This document shows, piece by piece, positions 1 through 9,334 of a DNA stretch of 64,000 bases. The notes under the pieces are model-generated. The model was given only the letters and a program-made list of their open reading frames with translations, did no database searches and was not told the DNA's origin. Every line of letters begins with the position of its first letter. Positions within the stretch are counted from its first letter, which is position 1. The stretch covers positions 32,001-96,000 of the forward strand of contig CAVPLM010000020.1 of the NCBI GenBank assembly GCA_963706025.1. Reading direction: 5' to 3'. Source of the DNA: an uncultured Actinomycetes bacterium. GTDB taxonomy: Bacteria > Actinomycetota > Thermoleophilia > RBG-16-64-13. Made by a program: the position numbers and the translations under genes.

Positions 1-444
1 ATCAACAGCATCCGCCGTTGCGGCGGCATCCGGCAGGCCGTGGAACAGGGTGTGCTCACCTCCGGCCTTTTCTACGAGATCGTCAAACAGGGCGTGCCCT
101 ACGTCCTGGCTGGGTCCATCCGCGATGACGGCCCTCTGCCGGATGTCATCACCGATGCCATGGAGGCGCAGCAGCGCATGCGCGAGCATGTGCGCGACGC
201 CGGGTTCTGTCTGATGCTCTGCAGCATGCTCCACTCCATCGCTACCGGCAATCTGCTGCCCGCGTCGGTCCACACCGTGTGCGTGGACATCAACCCGGCG
301 GTGGCCACCAAGCTTTCGGATCGGGGAAGCTTTCAAACAATCGGGATCGTGACCGATGTGGGGCTCTTCCTGGACGAACTGGCCGCCCAGTTGAACGCTA
401 CACCGAAGACCACGGGAGGCGACAAGCGTGAGACGGATGGCTGA
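1..444 (+). CDS. TIGR00300 / LOR-SDH-like protein, C-terminal part (AgrE/ArgZ-type ornithine cyclodeaminase-like); 5'-truncated by window edge
   Basis: Open frame from base 1; motifs [40 protein letters not shown]. Confidence 0.8.
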   Translation: MNSIRRCGGIRQAVEQGVLTSGLFYEIVKQGVPYVLAGSIRDDGPLPDVITDAMEAQQRMREHVRDAGFCLMLCSMLHSIATGNLLPASVHTVCVDINPAVATKLSDRGSFQTIGIVTDVGLFLDELAAQLNATPKTTGGDKRETDG

Positions 445-574
445 CAGGATCGGGGAAGATGGCACCGGCCAAGAGGGCGCCAGATCGAAGCGTGGGATCA
501 TCTTGATCCTGGCCGGACTAGCTCTGACCGGGCTTGTCGCGGGCTATAGCTGGTTGCGCGGTCTGCCCAGATAG
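437..574 (+). CDS. Putative 45-aa single-pass membrane protein (not in ORF track)
   Basis: ATG 437 overlaps end of upstream gene; [45 protein letters not shown] has a basic patch then one hydrophobic helix. Confidence 0.5.
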   Translation: MADRIGEDGTGQEGARSKRGIILILAGLALTGLVAGYSWLRGLPR

Positions 575-682
575 GCGAAGGTCACCGACTCGACACCGGG
601 TGGACCAGCAGCTGCAAGCTGCCGGGCGGGGCACCGCTGGTCGACGCTTTGCGGCCCCGCGGCGGCCGGCAGGGCGCGGTCG

Positions 683-1468
683 CTACCCTTCCTTGCGCAA
701 CTTCCAGATCTGCTCTCCCGGCCAGCGCCTGTACCACTCCCGATCGGAGTCGTCACGGAAACTGCTGACGGCATCCGGGGTGGGCCGCAACTCGATGAGG
801 TCTTCGACCACGAAACCGTGAGCCCGAAAGAGCCGGATCCACGCCCCGTAAGGGAGCATGAAGTCCACATAGCCCTCGAAAGGCAAGGCCCACATCCCGA
901 AGTAGTTCATGAGCAGCCGATCTCCGGCATGATCGCTGTCCTCCGGGTAGCACATCTGGATGATCGGAGTCGCCCCGGAGAAGGCGAGCAACCCGCCCGG
1001 CCGTAGCAGACGGGCCGCCTCGGGCACGGTCGCGTAAGGGTCGGCGAAAGTCATGGCCCCGTAGTCGCAGAAAACGATGTCGAAGCTTTCGTCGGGAAGG
1101 GGCACGGCCTCAGCGCTCGCGTGCACCAGAGGGAAGTCCACTCCTGCCTCCACCATGAGACGGCGGGCATGGGCCAGTTGATTCTCGGACAAGTCCAACC
1201 CCACGGGCTTGGCACCCGCCCTGGCCAACGCGATCGACCACTGGGCGGCGCCACACCCCAGCTCCAGGATGTCGCGACCTGGCAGCTCTCCCAGTACCTG
1301 CAGCTGGCTTTCGGGGATCTGCCAAACTCCCCAGGCCAGACCACCGGAAGCCGCGAGCTGCGGACCGTGATCGGCCTGGTAGGTGTCGCTGTCGGCGTTC
1401 CAGCTCTCGCGATTGCCGGCCGCGTGGTCGGAGAGTGAACCAGGGTCGAGGTCCGGGATCTCCAGCAT
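683..1468 (-). CDS. Class I SAM-dependent methyltransferase
   Basis: ILELGCGAAQW motif I, GLDLS, SFDIVF; AAGGAG SD upstream of ATG 1468. Confidence 0.9.
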   Translation of the reverse strand: MLEIPDLDPGSLSDHAAGNRESWNADSDTYQADHGPQLAASGGLAWGVWQIPESQLQVLGELPGRDILELGCGAAQWSIALARAGAKPVGLDLSENQLAHARRLMVEAGVDFPLVHASAEAVPLPDESFDIVFCDYGAMTFADPYATVPEAARLLRPGGLLAFSGATPIIQMCYPEDSDHAGDRLLMNYFGMWALPFEGYVDFMLPYGAWIRLFRAHGFVVEDLIELRPTPDAVSSFRDDSDREWYRRWPGEQIWKLRKEG

Positions 1469-1478
1469 GTTCCACTCC

Positions 1479-1520
1479 TTAGAACTCGTTTCAGAATGAA
1501 GTCCTGGCGCCGCTTCATGC
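1479..1520 (+). repeat. Left-end remnant of the MITE-like repeat family
   Basis: TTAGAACTCGTTTCAGAA identical to 39451-39468, similarity continuing about 20 further bases. Confidence 0.8.
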
Positions 1521-1613
1521 ATCCTACCCCGGGCGAGTGCCGAACGTGAGAAGATTGCACACGCAACTGGCAGACCTACTCGACCTCCGGCACAGCGGGG
1601 AAAGGCGAGACCG

Positions 1614-2129
1614 ATGCAAGAACAGGTGAACCCCCGAGTACTCCTCGGCACCTCACACGGAGATATCACTCTTGAGCTCGACCAGGAGAGGGCTCCCGTC
1701 ACCAGCGAGAACTTCCTCGCCTATGTGGCCTCCGGCCACTTCGATGGGACCGTGTTCCACCGGGTGATCCCGGGCTTCATGATCCAGGGGGGTGGGTTCA
1801 CGGCGGACATGCTGCAGAAGCCCACGAAACCTCCCATCACGAATGAAGCCGATAACGGGCTCAAGAACGGCCGGGGGACCATAGCCATGGCTCGGACCTC
1901 CGACCCGCACAGCGCCGGCAGCCAGTTCTTCATCAATCTCAAGGACAACGACTTCCTCGACCACAAGGCCAAGACTCCGCAGGGGTGGGGATACGCAGTG
2001 TTCGGAGAGGTGGTAGAGGGTATGGATGTAGTGGACGCCATAGCCCAGGTGCAGACCGGAACATCTGGGCCCCACTCGGACGTCCCCAAGGAACCGGTGG
2101 TCATACACAGGGCGAGCCTGCTGGAGTAG
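1614..2129 (+). CDS. ppiB: Cyclophilin-type peptidyl-prolyl cis-trans isomerase
   Basis: [34 protein letters not shown]. Confidence 0.93.
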   Translation: MQEQVNPRVLLGTSHGDITLELDQERAPVTSENFLAYVASGHFDGTVFHRVIPGFMIQGGGFTADMLQKPTKPPITNEADNGLKNGRGTIAMARTSDPHSAGSQFFINLKDNDFLDHKAKTPQGWGYAVFGEVVEGMDVVDAIAQVQTGTSGPHSDVPKEPVVIHRASLLE

Positions 2130-2190
2130 CGACGCCTCAGTCTCTGCCGGTACCATTAGCAGGGTAAGGAGAACGGGAGAAAGCGCTGCC

Positions 2191-3507
2191 ATGAAGTCCC
2201 CGCCGACCAGAGGCCGAGCGACGGCTCCTTCGTGGGCGCCTAGGGCTCGTTTCAGAATGACGCTTTGCCGACAGGGTGCGATCGGCACGACCGGGTCCCT
2301 GCTCGCGGCGGTGCTGCTCGCTTTGGTCGTGCTTCTCGGTCCGGTGGCGCCGGCGTCGGCCTCGACCCAGGTGGCCAGAGAGAGGATCACGGCCGCGGTC
2401 CGGGAGGAGCCCAGCCCTCCGGCTATTACCGCGACCGCGGCGATCGTGGTCGATATGGACTCCGGGCGCATAGTCTACTCGCACAACGCCAACGCCCGCC
2501 TACCGATGGCCTCTACCACCAAGATCATGACAGCGGTCGTGGTGCTGGAGTCGCTACCGCTGGACACCAAGGTCACCATATCCGGAGAGGCCGCGTCGAC
2601 CGCGGGGTCGTCGCTGGGACTCCAAAGAGGCGAAGTGCTCACCGCAGAGCAACTCATGTACTGCTTGTTGGTTCCCAGCGCCAACGACGCCGCGGTCGCG
2701 CTGGCGCAGGCGACCGCCGGAAGCATCAAAGGATTCGTCGATATGATGAACGCGAAGGCCAAGTCCCTGGACCTCTCCAACACCCGCTTCGTCAATCCCA
2801 GCGGGTTGCATGCCGAGAAGCACTTCTCGTCCGCGAAGGATCTGGCCGCGCTGACTCAGTACGCGATGCAGGACCCGGTGTTCCGCCGCATCGTGGCCAC
2901 CCACGCGTACGATCTGCCGCGGCCGGGCCAGGAGGCTCCGCGAAAGCTGAAGAACCACAACGCGCTGCTCGGTTGGCACGCGTGGGTGACGGGAGTGAAG
3001 ACGGGGTCCACCCCCTATGCTGACTACTGCCTGGTCGCCTCGGGCACGAAGGACGGAGTCTCTCTTGTCAGCGTGCTTCTGGGCGCGAAGGATGACGACA
3101 CGCGCTGGAGCGAGAGCAAGGCGCTGCTCGAATACGGTTATGCCCGCTACTCTCGGACGGTCCTCGCCGACCAGGGCCGGCTGGTGACCGAACTCGACGC
3201 CCCCCACAGCCTGGGCCGGAAGGTCCGGCTGGTCGCCGGGCAGACCCTTGTCGCCAGTCTGTTCGAGGGTGACGTCGTCACCAGTACCGCGACGGTGGAC
3301 CGGGACGTAGCGCTCCCGGTGGAAGTGGGAGACGTCTACGGGACCATCGAGTTCACTCTGGAGGGCGAGAAGATAGGCTCGGTGGACTTGGTCGCCGCCC
3401 AGCCGATCGAGAGGGTCACCCTGGCAATGCTCCTGAGCCAATGGCAGGAGCAGCTGCCATGGGGACTGCGCCTCGATGGTCTGTTCGGAGCTGCTTCCGT
3501 CCAGTGA
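2191..3507 (+). CDS. D-alanyl-D-alanine carboxypeptidase (peptidase S11); alternative start ATG 2257
   Basis: Signal peptide; SxxK (ASTTK), SxN (SAND), KTG triad; PBP5-like C-terminal domain. Confidence 0.92.
   Translation: MKSPPTRGRATAPSWAPRARFRMTLCRQGAIGTTGSLLAAVLLALVVLLGPVAPASASTQVARERITAAVREEPSPPAITATAAIVVDMDSGRIVYSHNANARLPMASTTKIMTAVVVLESLPLDTKVTISGEAASTAGSSLGLQRGEVLTAEQLMYCLLVPSANDAAVALAQATAGSIKGFVDMMNAKAKSLDLSNTRFVNPSGLHAEKHFSSAKDLAALTQYAMQDPVFRRIVATHAYDLPRPGQEAPRKLKNHNALLGWHAWVTGVKTGSTPYADYCLVASGTKDGVSLVSVLLGAKDDDTRWSESKALLEYGYARYSRTVLADQGRLVTELDAPHSLGRKVRLVAGQTLVASLFEGDVVTSTATVDRDVALPVEVGDVYGTIEFTLEGEKIGSVDLVAAQPIERVTLAMLLSQWQEQLPWGLRLDGLFGAASVQ
2241..2285 (+). repeat. Right-end remnant (inverted) of the MITE-like repeat family
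   Basis: GCTCGTTTCAGAATGACGCTTTGCCGACAG (2245-2274) is the exact reverse complement of 39519-39548. Confidence 0.85.
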
Positions 3508-3539
3508 CGACGCCGGCAGAGCCGCCCGCCCCGCGTCTC

Positions 3540-4508
3540 TTACAGGCCCTGCTTCATCCAGCGAGTGTAGGTCCTCCGGACCGACATGCCCACGTGTTCG
3601 TACAGACCCAGAGCGCCCGTCCGAGAGTCGGTCGAGACTCCGCACTGCCGTCGGCCAAGGGCCCAGTAACGCCGGAAGCTCTCCTCCAGAAGCGCCCTGC
3701 CGAGGCCCTGTCCACGGTGCGCCCTTTCCACCGCGATCTCATCGATCCAGCCCTCGACATCCGCCCCGTAGTCATATCCGATCGCCGCTCCCACTATGCA
3801 GGTACCGTCGTCGACAAGAACCACCAGTTCGGGCGGCACCTTGTAGAGGATGGCGGCGACCCAGTTATCGAATCCCATGGATTCACTCGATAGCCCGCGC
3901 CACTCCTCGAAGGCCGCGTCGATGAGCGTGAAGATCTCACGGTCGTCCTCCCCGGGGCGATAGGGCCGGAAGCGGTAGCCCGCGGGCAGCACGGTCGGGG
4001 GTGGTGGATCGGATAGGTCGATGCGAAGGATCCAGGAGGTATGGCCGTACTCATAGCCGTTGGCCCGGAACAAAGCCTCTGCAGCCTTCTCGTTCTCCGA
4101 TATCGTCTGACCCACGCGTACCCGACCCTCGCCGCGCGCGACCTCCCATGTCCAGCACATCAAGGCGCTGCCGATCCCTCGCTCCCGATGCTCGGGATGG
4201 ACGAGTGCTTCAGCCCGGCCCCGAAAGACCTGAGCGTAGCCCACCAACTGATCACCCAGAAAGACCCCGATCGACATGATGGCCGGGTCGAAATCGGGCT
4301 GCCGCCATTCGGCTTCCAGGTCGGAGAGATCGACTTCGACGACGCCGTCATCATAGGCCTCTCCCACCGCTTCCAGCTCCCAGACGGCGATGATGTCGCC
4401 CGCCGTCAGCGGGCGCGAGACGTAACCCAGAGGCAGGGCGCCGAGCAACGGCGGGCCGGCGACCGCACTCCTCTCGGGGGAGCTTCTGGGATCATCCCGG
4501 TTCGGCAT
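3540..4508 (-). CDS. Tandem GNAT acetyltransferase (MshD-like architecture)
   Basis: Two acetyl-CoA motifs (VHPEHRERGIG; VERAHRGQGLG) and ALGLYEHVG. Confidence 0.85.
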   Translation of the reverse strand: MPNRDDPRSSPERSAVAGPPLLGALPLGYVSRPLTAGDIIAVWELEAVGEAYDDGVVEVDLSDLEAEWRQPDFDPAIMSIGVFLGDQLVGYAQVFRGRAEALVHPEHRERGIGSALMCWTWEVARGEGRVRVGQTISENEKAAEALFRANGYEYGHTSWILRIDLSDPPPPTVLPAGYRFRPYRPGEDDREIFTLIDAAFEEWRGLSSESMGFDNWVAAILYKVPPELVVLVDDGTCIVGAAIGYDYGADVEGWIDEIAVERAHRGQGLGRALLEESFRRYWALGRRQCGVSTDSRTGALGLYEHVGMSVRRTYTRWMKQGL

Positions 4509-4626
4509 CGGTGCTCACCTCCTTACACGCACCGGACCATTCTGCCAGAACCCTTTGAGTCGGGGCAGACTCCAGGCAAGTCCCCGCCTCTTACGGCCCG
4601 GCCGCGCGACCTGATAGCCTGGGAGC

Positions 4627-5646
4627 ATGCTACCGCCGCTTCTGATCGTCAATCCCGCTTGTGGCGCGCGCAGCACGGCGCGCGGCCTACCCCAGATCCT
4701 GGCCGGAGTGGAGCAAGTGCTTGGCGACGTGGTCATCCGGTACACGTCCCGGCGGGGGCACGCCCGCGAGCTGGCTCTGGAGGGCGCCCGCGAGGGCTAT
4801 CCGCTCATCGTGGCCGTTGGAGGCGACGGCACCTTCAGCGAGGTGGCGAACGGCGTGTTGACAATGGCGGATCAGTCACCCGTAGCCGGCGTCGCAACCG
4901 TTGCGACCAGTGGTCTGGCGGTCGGCCCGGCGGTCGGCCCGGCGGTGGGCCCGGCGGTGGGCCCGGCGGTCGGCCTCATAAACGTGGGCACAGGCGGTGA
5001 TTTCCGTCGCAGCCTGGGGATCGAGGCCGGGGTCGAGCGCTGTCTGGAGGCGCTGGCCTCGGGACGAGAGCGCATGGTGGACGTTGGTCGAGCGTCCTTC
5101 CGGGGGATGGATGGCAGGCCCGTGGAGCAGTACTTCGTGAACGTGTTGTCGGCAGGCTTGGGCGGTCTGGTCGACCGCTACATCGACCGAATGCCGTCTT
5201 TCATCGGAGGGCGCGTCGGCTACTATTTGGCCGCCCTGGGAGCGGTGATCGTCAGTAAGGAACAGCCGCTCAGGGCACGGATCACATGGCAGGGAGAGAC
5301 GCGGGAGGAGATCATCCCCGCTTACTTGGTCGCGGTCTGCAACGGCCGCTGGTTCGGCGGCGGCATGGACGTCGCCCCCATGGCCCTTCCGGACGATGGG
5401 CGCCTGGAAGTGGTGACCGTCACGGCGCGCAGCAAGCCCTACTTGGCCGACCGGGTCCGTGGGGTCTACACCGGACGCCATCTGGAAGAACCCACCGTGC
5501 ATCATTTCCCCTGTGAAGGGTTGGAGCTGCGGCTGGAGCAGGAAGCGGCCGAGCGCCGCTTCCTGCTCGATGTCGATGGAGAGGCGCTCGGCTCGCTCCC
5601 GCTCCGCATAGAAGTGATGCCGAGACGGTTGCGGGTGCGGGCGTGA
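4627..5646 (+). CDS. Diacylglycerol/lipid kinase family protein (YegS/DagK-like)
   Basis: IVNP, VGGDGT, GTGGDF, NGRWFGGG, DDGRLEV, DGE motifs. Confidence 0.92.
   Translation: MLPPLLIVNPACGARSTARGLPQILAGVEQVLGDVVIRYTSRRGHARELALEGAREGYPLIVAVGGDGTFSEVANGVLTMADQSPVAGVATVATSGLAVGPAVGPAVGPAVGPAVGLINVGTGGDFRRSLGIEAGVERCLEALASGRERMVDVGRASFRGMDGRPVEQYFVNVLSAGLGGLVDRYIDRMPSFIGGRVGYYLAALGAVIVSKEQPLRARITWQGETREEIIPAYLVAVCNGRWFGGGMDVAPMALPDDGRLEVVTVTARSKPYLADRVRGVYTGRHLEEPTVHHFPCEGLELRLEQEAAERRFLLDVDGEALGSLPLRIEVMPRRLRVRA
4918..4975 (+). repeat. In-frame 12-bp tandem repeat, ~4.8 copies (AVGP)n
   Basis: GCGGTSGGCCCG repeated, encoding AVGPAVGPAVGPAVGPAVG. Confidence 0.95.
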
Positions 5647-5690
5647 CCTCCCGCGTGTGACCGCGTGCACGTGACCCCTGGGACTTGACC
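5644..5690 (+). repeat. Four TGACC pentamers with exact 14-bp period in the intergenic gap
   Basis: TGACC at 5644, 5658, 5672, 5686 with different 9-nt spacers. Confidence 0.7.
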
Positions 5691-6551
5691 ATGCGCCCCG
5701 ATGTGGCCGAACTGCTCATCTGTCCTCACTGCGGAGGTGGCCTTTCCTTGGCCGGTCCTGCTCTACGCTGCGCCGGTGGCCACTCGTTCGATATCGCCCG
5801 CCAGGGCTACGTGAACCTTCTTCCCGGTGGCCACCGCCCAGGGACCGGAGACACCGCCTCCATGGTGCGCGCCCGCGACACCTTCCTCAGAGCGGGTCAC
5901 TTCGCGGGGCTCCGGCACGCTACCGTCGAGACCGCGGCGCGCGCCCTCCTCGAAGTGCCCAAGCAGACGGACCCGGCCCAGGGCTGCATCATCGACGTGG
6001 GCGCCGGGACCGGCTACTACCTGGCTGGAGTGCTCGACCGGCTGCCTGGCCGCGTCGGCCTGGCCCTCGATATATCCAAGTTCGCCCTGCGAACGGCGGC
6101 CCGCGCCCACGAGCGTATGGGCGCGGTCGCCTGTGACACCTGGCAGCGACTTCCGGTCCGCGACCACTGTGCAGTCCTCATCCTCGACGTCTTCGCGCCG
6201 CGCAACCCGCCCGAGTTCAGGCGGCTCCTCGAACCACGGGGCCGACTGGTCGTGGTCACTCCCACCGATCGCCACCTTTGTGAGCTTGTCCCGGCCCTCG
6301 GCCTGCTCACAGTGGACACGCGGAAGCAGGAGCGCCTGGACGCCAGACTGGCCGACGACTTCGCGCAGACGGAGTCGATCCACCACGAAGAGCTGCTGGT
6401 GCTCGATCCTGAGGAGATCGCCGCACTGGCCGGCATGGGACCGAGTGCCTATCACATCCCGGCCGAAGAGCTCGTCCAGAAGGCCGCCCTACTACCCGAT
6501 AAGGTGACGCTCACCGTGTCGGTCACCATATCCGTCTATCGACCCGCGTGA
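5691..6551 (+). CDS. RlmA-like 23S rRNA m1G methyltransferase (N-terminal Zn finger)
   Basis: CPHC...C..GHSFDIARQGYVNLL, GDT..M..AR..FL..GHF, DVGAGTGYY, DISK, FAPRN. Confidence 0.88.
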   Translation: MRPDVAELLICPHCGGGLSLAGPALRCAGGHSFDIARQGYVNLLPGGHRPGTGDTASMVRARDTFLRAGHFAGLRHATVETAARALLEVPKQTDPAQGCIIDVGAGTGYYLAGVLDRLPGRVGLALDISKFALRTAARAHERMGAVACDTWQRLPVRDHCAVLILDVFAPRNPPEFRRLLEPRGRLVVVTPTDRHLCELVPALGLLTVDTRKQERLDARLADDFAQTESIHHEELLVLDPEEIAALAGMGPSAYHIPAEELVQKAALLPDKVTLTVSVTISVYRPA

Positions 6552-6580
6552 TGCTTCCCGTACCCGCCTGCGACCAGGCG

Positions 6581-7513
6581 CTAGCCCACTCTGGTGTTCA
6601 GGTAGTGCATGGCATGGTAGACGGCGAACGCTCCCCGGGCGCAGGCGGTCACGACCTGCTTCAACTCGTAGTCGGACACGTCGCCTGCCGCGTAGAGACC
6701 CGTGGTTGAGGTCAGGCCGTTCCGGTCGACCTTGACGAAGCCGAGCGCGTCCAGTTCACACAGATCGGCGACCAAAGCACTCTGCGCGTCGATACCCACG
6801 TACTCGAACACCCCGTCCACCGGCAGGATCTCCACACTATCGTCTTCTTTGGAACGCAGCCGCAGGCCGGTGAGCTTGCCCCCTTCGCCCATTATCTCGT
6901 CGATCACGCACGAGAGGTGCATGATGATCTTGGGGTTGAAGAAGCACTGTTCCTGGAGGCAGGGAGTGGCTCGGAACTCCTCCCGTCGATGGATCAGGTG
7001 CACCTCGGTGGCGAGCTTGCTCAGGTAGAGCGCCTCTTGAGTGGCCGAGTCTCCTCCGCCGATCACGGCCACCACTTTGTCACGGTAGAGGGGCCCGTCG
7101 CAGGTCGCACACCACGACACGCCACGACCGGTGAACTCCGCCTCCCCCGGCACGCCCAGTTTCTTGGGGATGGCTCCAGTAGCCAATATGACCGCGCGGG
7201 CCTCGACCTCCTCACCATTGACCGTGAGCACGAAATCGGATCCGTCGGGACGGATCGCCTCCACCGGGGAGATGGTACGAAACTCGGCGCCCGCGGTCTG
7301 GGCCTGTTTGAGCATGAGCTCGGCCAGGTCGTATCCGGAGACGCCGTCCGGAAAACCGGGATAGTTCTCCACCCAGGAGGCGGATACGATCTGACCACCC
7401 GTCAGCCCGGTCTCGAAGACCACGGTACGAGCACGGCCCCTCGCGCCGTAGATGGCTGCCGTGAGCCCGGCCGGTCCGCCACCCACGATCGCGATGTCTA
7501 TCTTGTCCGCCAC
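6581..7513 (-). CDS. trxB: Thioredoxin-disulfide reductase
   Basis: GGGPAG, ENYPGF, GVSWCATCDG, GGGDSA, GLYAAGD; GTG start with GGGAGG SD. Confidence 0.95.
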   Translation of the reverse strand: MADKIDIAIVGGGPAGLTAAIYGARGRARTVVFETGLTGGQIVSASWVENYPGFPDGVSGYDLAELMLKQAQTAGAEFRTISPVEAIRPDGSDFVLTVNGEEVEARAVILATGAIPKKLGVPGEAEFTGRGVSWCATCDGPLYRDKVVAVIGGGDSATQEALYLSKLATEVHLIHRREEFRATPCLQEQCFFNPKIIMHLSCVIDEIMGEGGKLTGLRLRSKEDDSVEILPVDGVFEYVGIDAQSALVADLCELDALGFVKVDRNGLTSTTGLYAAGDVSDYELKQVVTACARGAFAVYHAMHYLNTRVG

Positions 7514-7666
7514 GCTTGCCCTCCCTGTGCGCTTCGGCTGGTGTGCGTGCCTATTATGCCCGGCTGTAGCCAAGTCTACCCCTGCTGCCGCGCGGGCGCG
7601 CGAGCACGTTCCGGCCGGCCTGCTAACATCTGTGCCACGCGCAACCCTCTCAAGTAGGAGCACTCC

Positions 7667-8026
7667 ATGGCCGACGGACCGTTTCGCATGATCGTGCGCC
7701 AAGGCATCAAGCCCGGGAAGCTGGACGAATTCAAGAAGATGGCAGAGGGATTGACGGCAGGCGCCGAGGCCAATGAGCCCACCACGCTTGCTTATGAGTG
7801 GTTCATCGACGAGGACGGCTCCAGTTGCTACCTGATCGAGTCCTACGGCAATGCGGAAGCGTTCCTGCTCCACTTCCAGGGCTTGGGGTCGAAACTCGAC
7901 GCCCTGCTCGAGCTCTCGCCGCTCGAAGAGATGGTCGTGCTCGGTGATCCCAGCCCTGAGGTCAAAGAGATGCTTGCCGGCCTCGGGGCCAAGTTCTACT
8001 CTCTACACGTCGGTTTCGCACGATAG
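7667..8026 (+). CDS. Antibiotic biosynthesis monooxygenase (ABM)-like protein
   Basis: IKPGK...ANEP.TL.YEW pattern, E.Y...EAF..H; AGGAG SD. Confidence 0.8.
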   Translation: MADGPFRMIVRQGIKPGKLDEFKKMAEGLTAGAEANEPTTLAYEWFIDEDGSSCYLIESYGNAEAFLLHFQGLGSKLDALLELSPLEEMVVLGDPSPEVKEMLAGLGAKFYSLHVGFAR

Positions 8027-8065
8027 GGCGTTGCGAGCCCACGCTGACGCCACCGGGCTCGGGGC

Positions 8066-8788
8066 CTATCGGGCGGTGATCGTGACGCCCCGCAGTTCGA
8101 CAGCCTTGTCGCCGATGTAGATCGTCAGCACGAAGGGCCCACGGGTGATGCCGTTGGCGATGATGGCGCTGGTCGAGCCGTCTGTCTCTTTCAGACGGGC
8201 CCAGTAGCCTAGTTCGCCGTCGACCACCCCGTCGTACGTGCCGGGGGCGATGTCCTCACCTACCAGATATACCCCATCCCGGTACACACCGCCCGGCCGA
8301 ACGGGACCGGGAGCAGTCGTCGAAGTCGAGCTCTGGCCGTTCGCCAGCGCCGCCTCGAGTTCCTCCCGCAGAGCCTGATTCGCTCGATAGTAGGCCCAAT
8401 TCCGGTCCTCCACGAGGGACAGGGCCTTCTGCAGTTGGCCCAGCTGGTCCCGGGTCTCCGCGAGGAGCGCCTCGTCGCCTGAAGTCTGCGAGCGGGCGAC
8501 GAAGAAACCGATCATCACGCCCGCGAGCAGGATGACAAGGGCAACAGCCACCCGCGGCGCGAGGGAACGTGCTCCTCGGAGCCGGTTACCTTCGCGCGTG
8601 GAGAGGTCGCTCTGAGAACGCACCGGCGGTTCCCCGGAGGTGACCGGCTGCGCGGAGGTGACCGGCTGCACTGGTGCCGCCGGGGGGGTCGCCGCCGGGG
8701 AGTCGCCGCCGGGGGAGCTGCCCGGCGACCCCGGCTCGGAGGTCGACCCTCGCTTTTCCTCGGGGGTATCCAGTTCCCACTCGTCCAT
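8066..8788 (-). CDS. Membrane-anchored hypothetical protein with coiled coil and C-terminal beta domain
   Basis: Pro/Ser-rich N-terminus, one TM helix, coiled coil, DGVYLVGEDIAPGTY motif typical of actinobacterial surface proteins. Confidence 0.7.
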   Translation of the reverse strand: MDEWELDTPEEKRGSTSEPGSPGSSPGGDSPAATPPAAPVQPVTSAQPVTSGEPPVRSQSDLSTREGNRLRGARSLAPRVAVALVILLAGVMIGFFVARSQTSGDEALLAETRDQLGQLQKALSLVEDRNWAYYRANQALREELEAALANGQSSTSTTAPGPVRPGGVYRDGVYLVGEDIAPGTYDGVVDGELGYWARLKETDGSTSAIIANGITRGPFVLTIYIGDKAVELRGVTITAR

Positions 8789-8809
8789 TACAGCAGCTAT
8801 CCTATCAGC

Positions 8810-9316
8810 ATGACGCGCAAGAATCGGGCATGGATCTTCATCCCGGCCGTGATCGTGGGCCTGGCAGTGATCGGCCTGGTGATATCGAGCTTCCAAAGGG
8901 AAGCCGGCCTCATCAAGCCGGGCGAGAACGGGCGCGCCACCGTTGCCGCCGCCGCCCAGGCGCGGGAGGCCCTATCCGCGACCTCCGGTCCGGCCGGCTA
9001 CGCAGAGTTCAGCGCAGCCCTCTTGGCGGCAGCGGTGGCGCACGAGAACATGCCGATCACCAATGCGGCCGACACCCGACTCGACGATCTGCTCGGCAGC
9101 ATCCTCGATCACCTCACCGCCGCCCGGGAAGCCTGGCAGGCTGAGTTGGACGGTGCCTGGGACCCCGAGACCCACGGACGATCCGCGTACTGGAACGCCC
9201 TGCACCCTGCCTTGAGCCTCTCCGCCAATGACACTCTGACCGCCGCCGACGTGCGCGCTATCTGCGAAGCCGAGGCCGCCAAGCTACTCGAGAAAGCGAT
9301 CGATCTGGCCGGTTGA
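8810..9316 (+). CDS. Hypothetical protein with N-terminal membrane anchor
   Basis: Basic N-terminus plus hydrophobic helix; TATCCT -10 six nt before ATG. Confidence 0.65.
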   Translation: MTRKNRAWIFIPAVIVGLAVIGLVISSFQREAGLIKPGENGRATVAAAAQAREALSATSGPAGYAEFSAALLAAAVAHENMPITNAADTRLDDLLGSILDHLTAAREAWQAELDGAWDPETHGRSAYWNALHPALSLSANDTLTAADVRAICEAEAAKLLEKAIDLAG

Positions 9317-9334
9317 GCGAGGGCAGGTCCGCGA

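Noticed and set aside
1479-2285. Composite transposon around the PPIase gene
   Set aside because: The two repeat ends point the same way rather than facing each other, and no transposase or flanking duplication is seen
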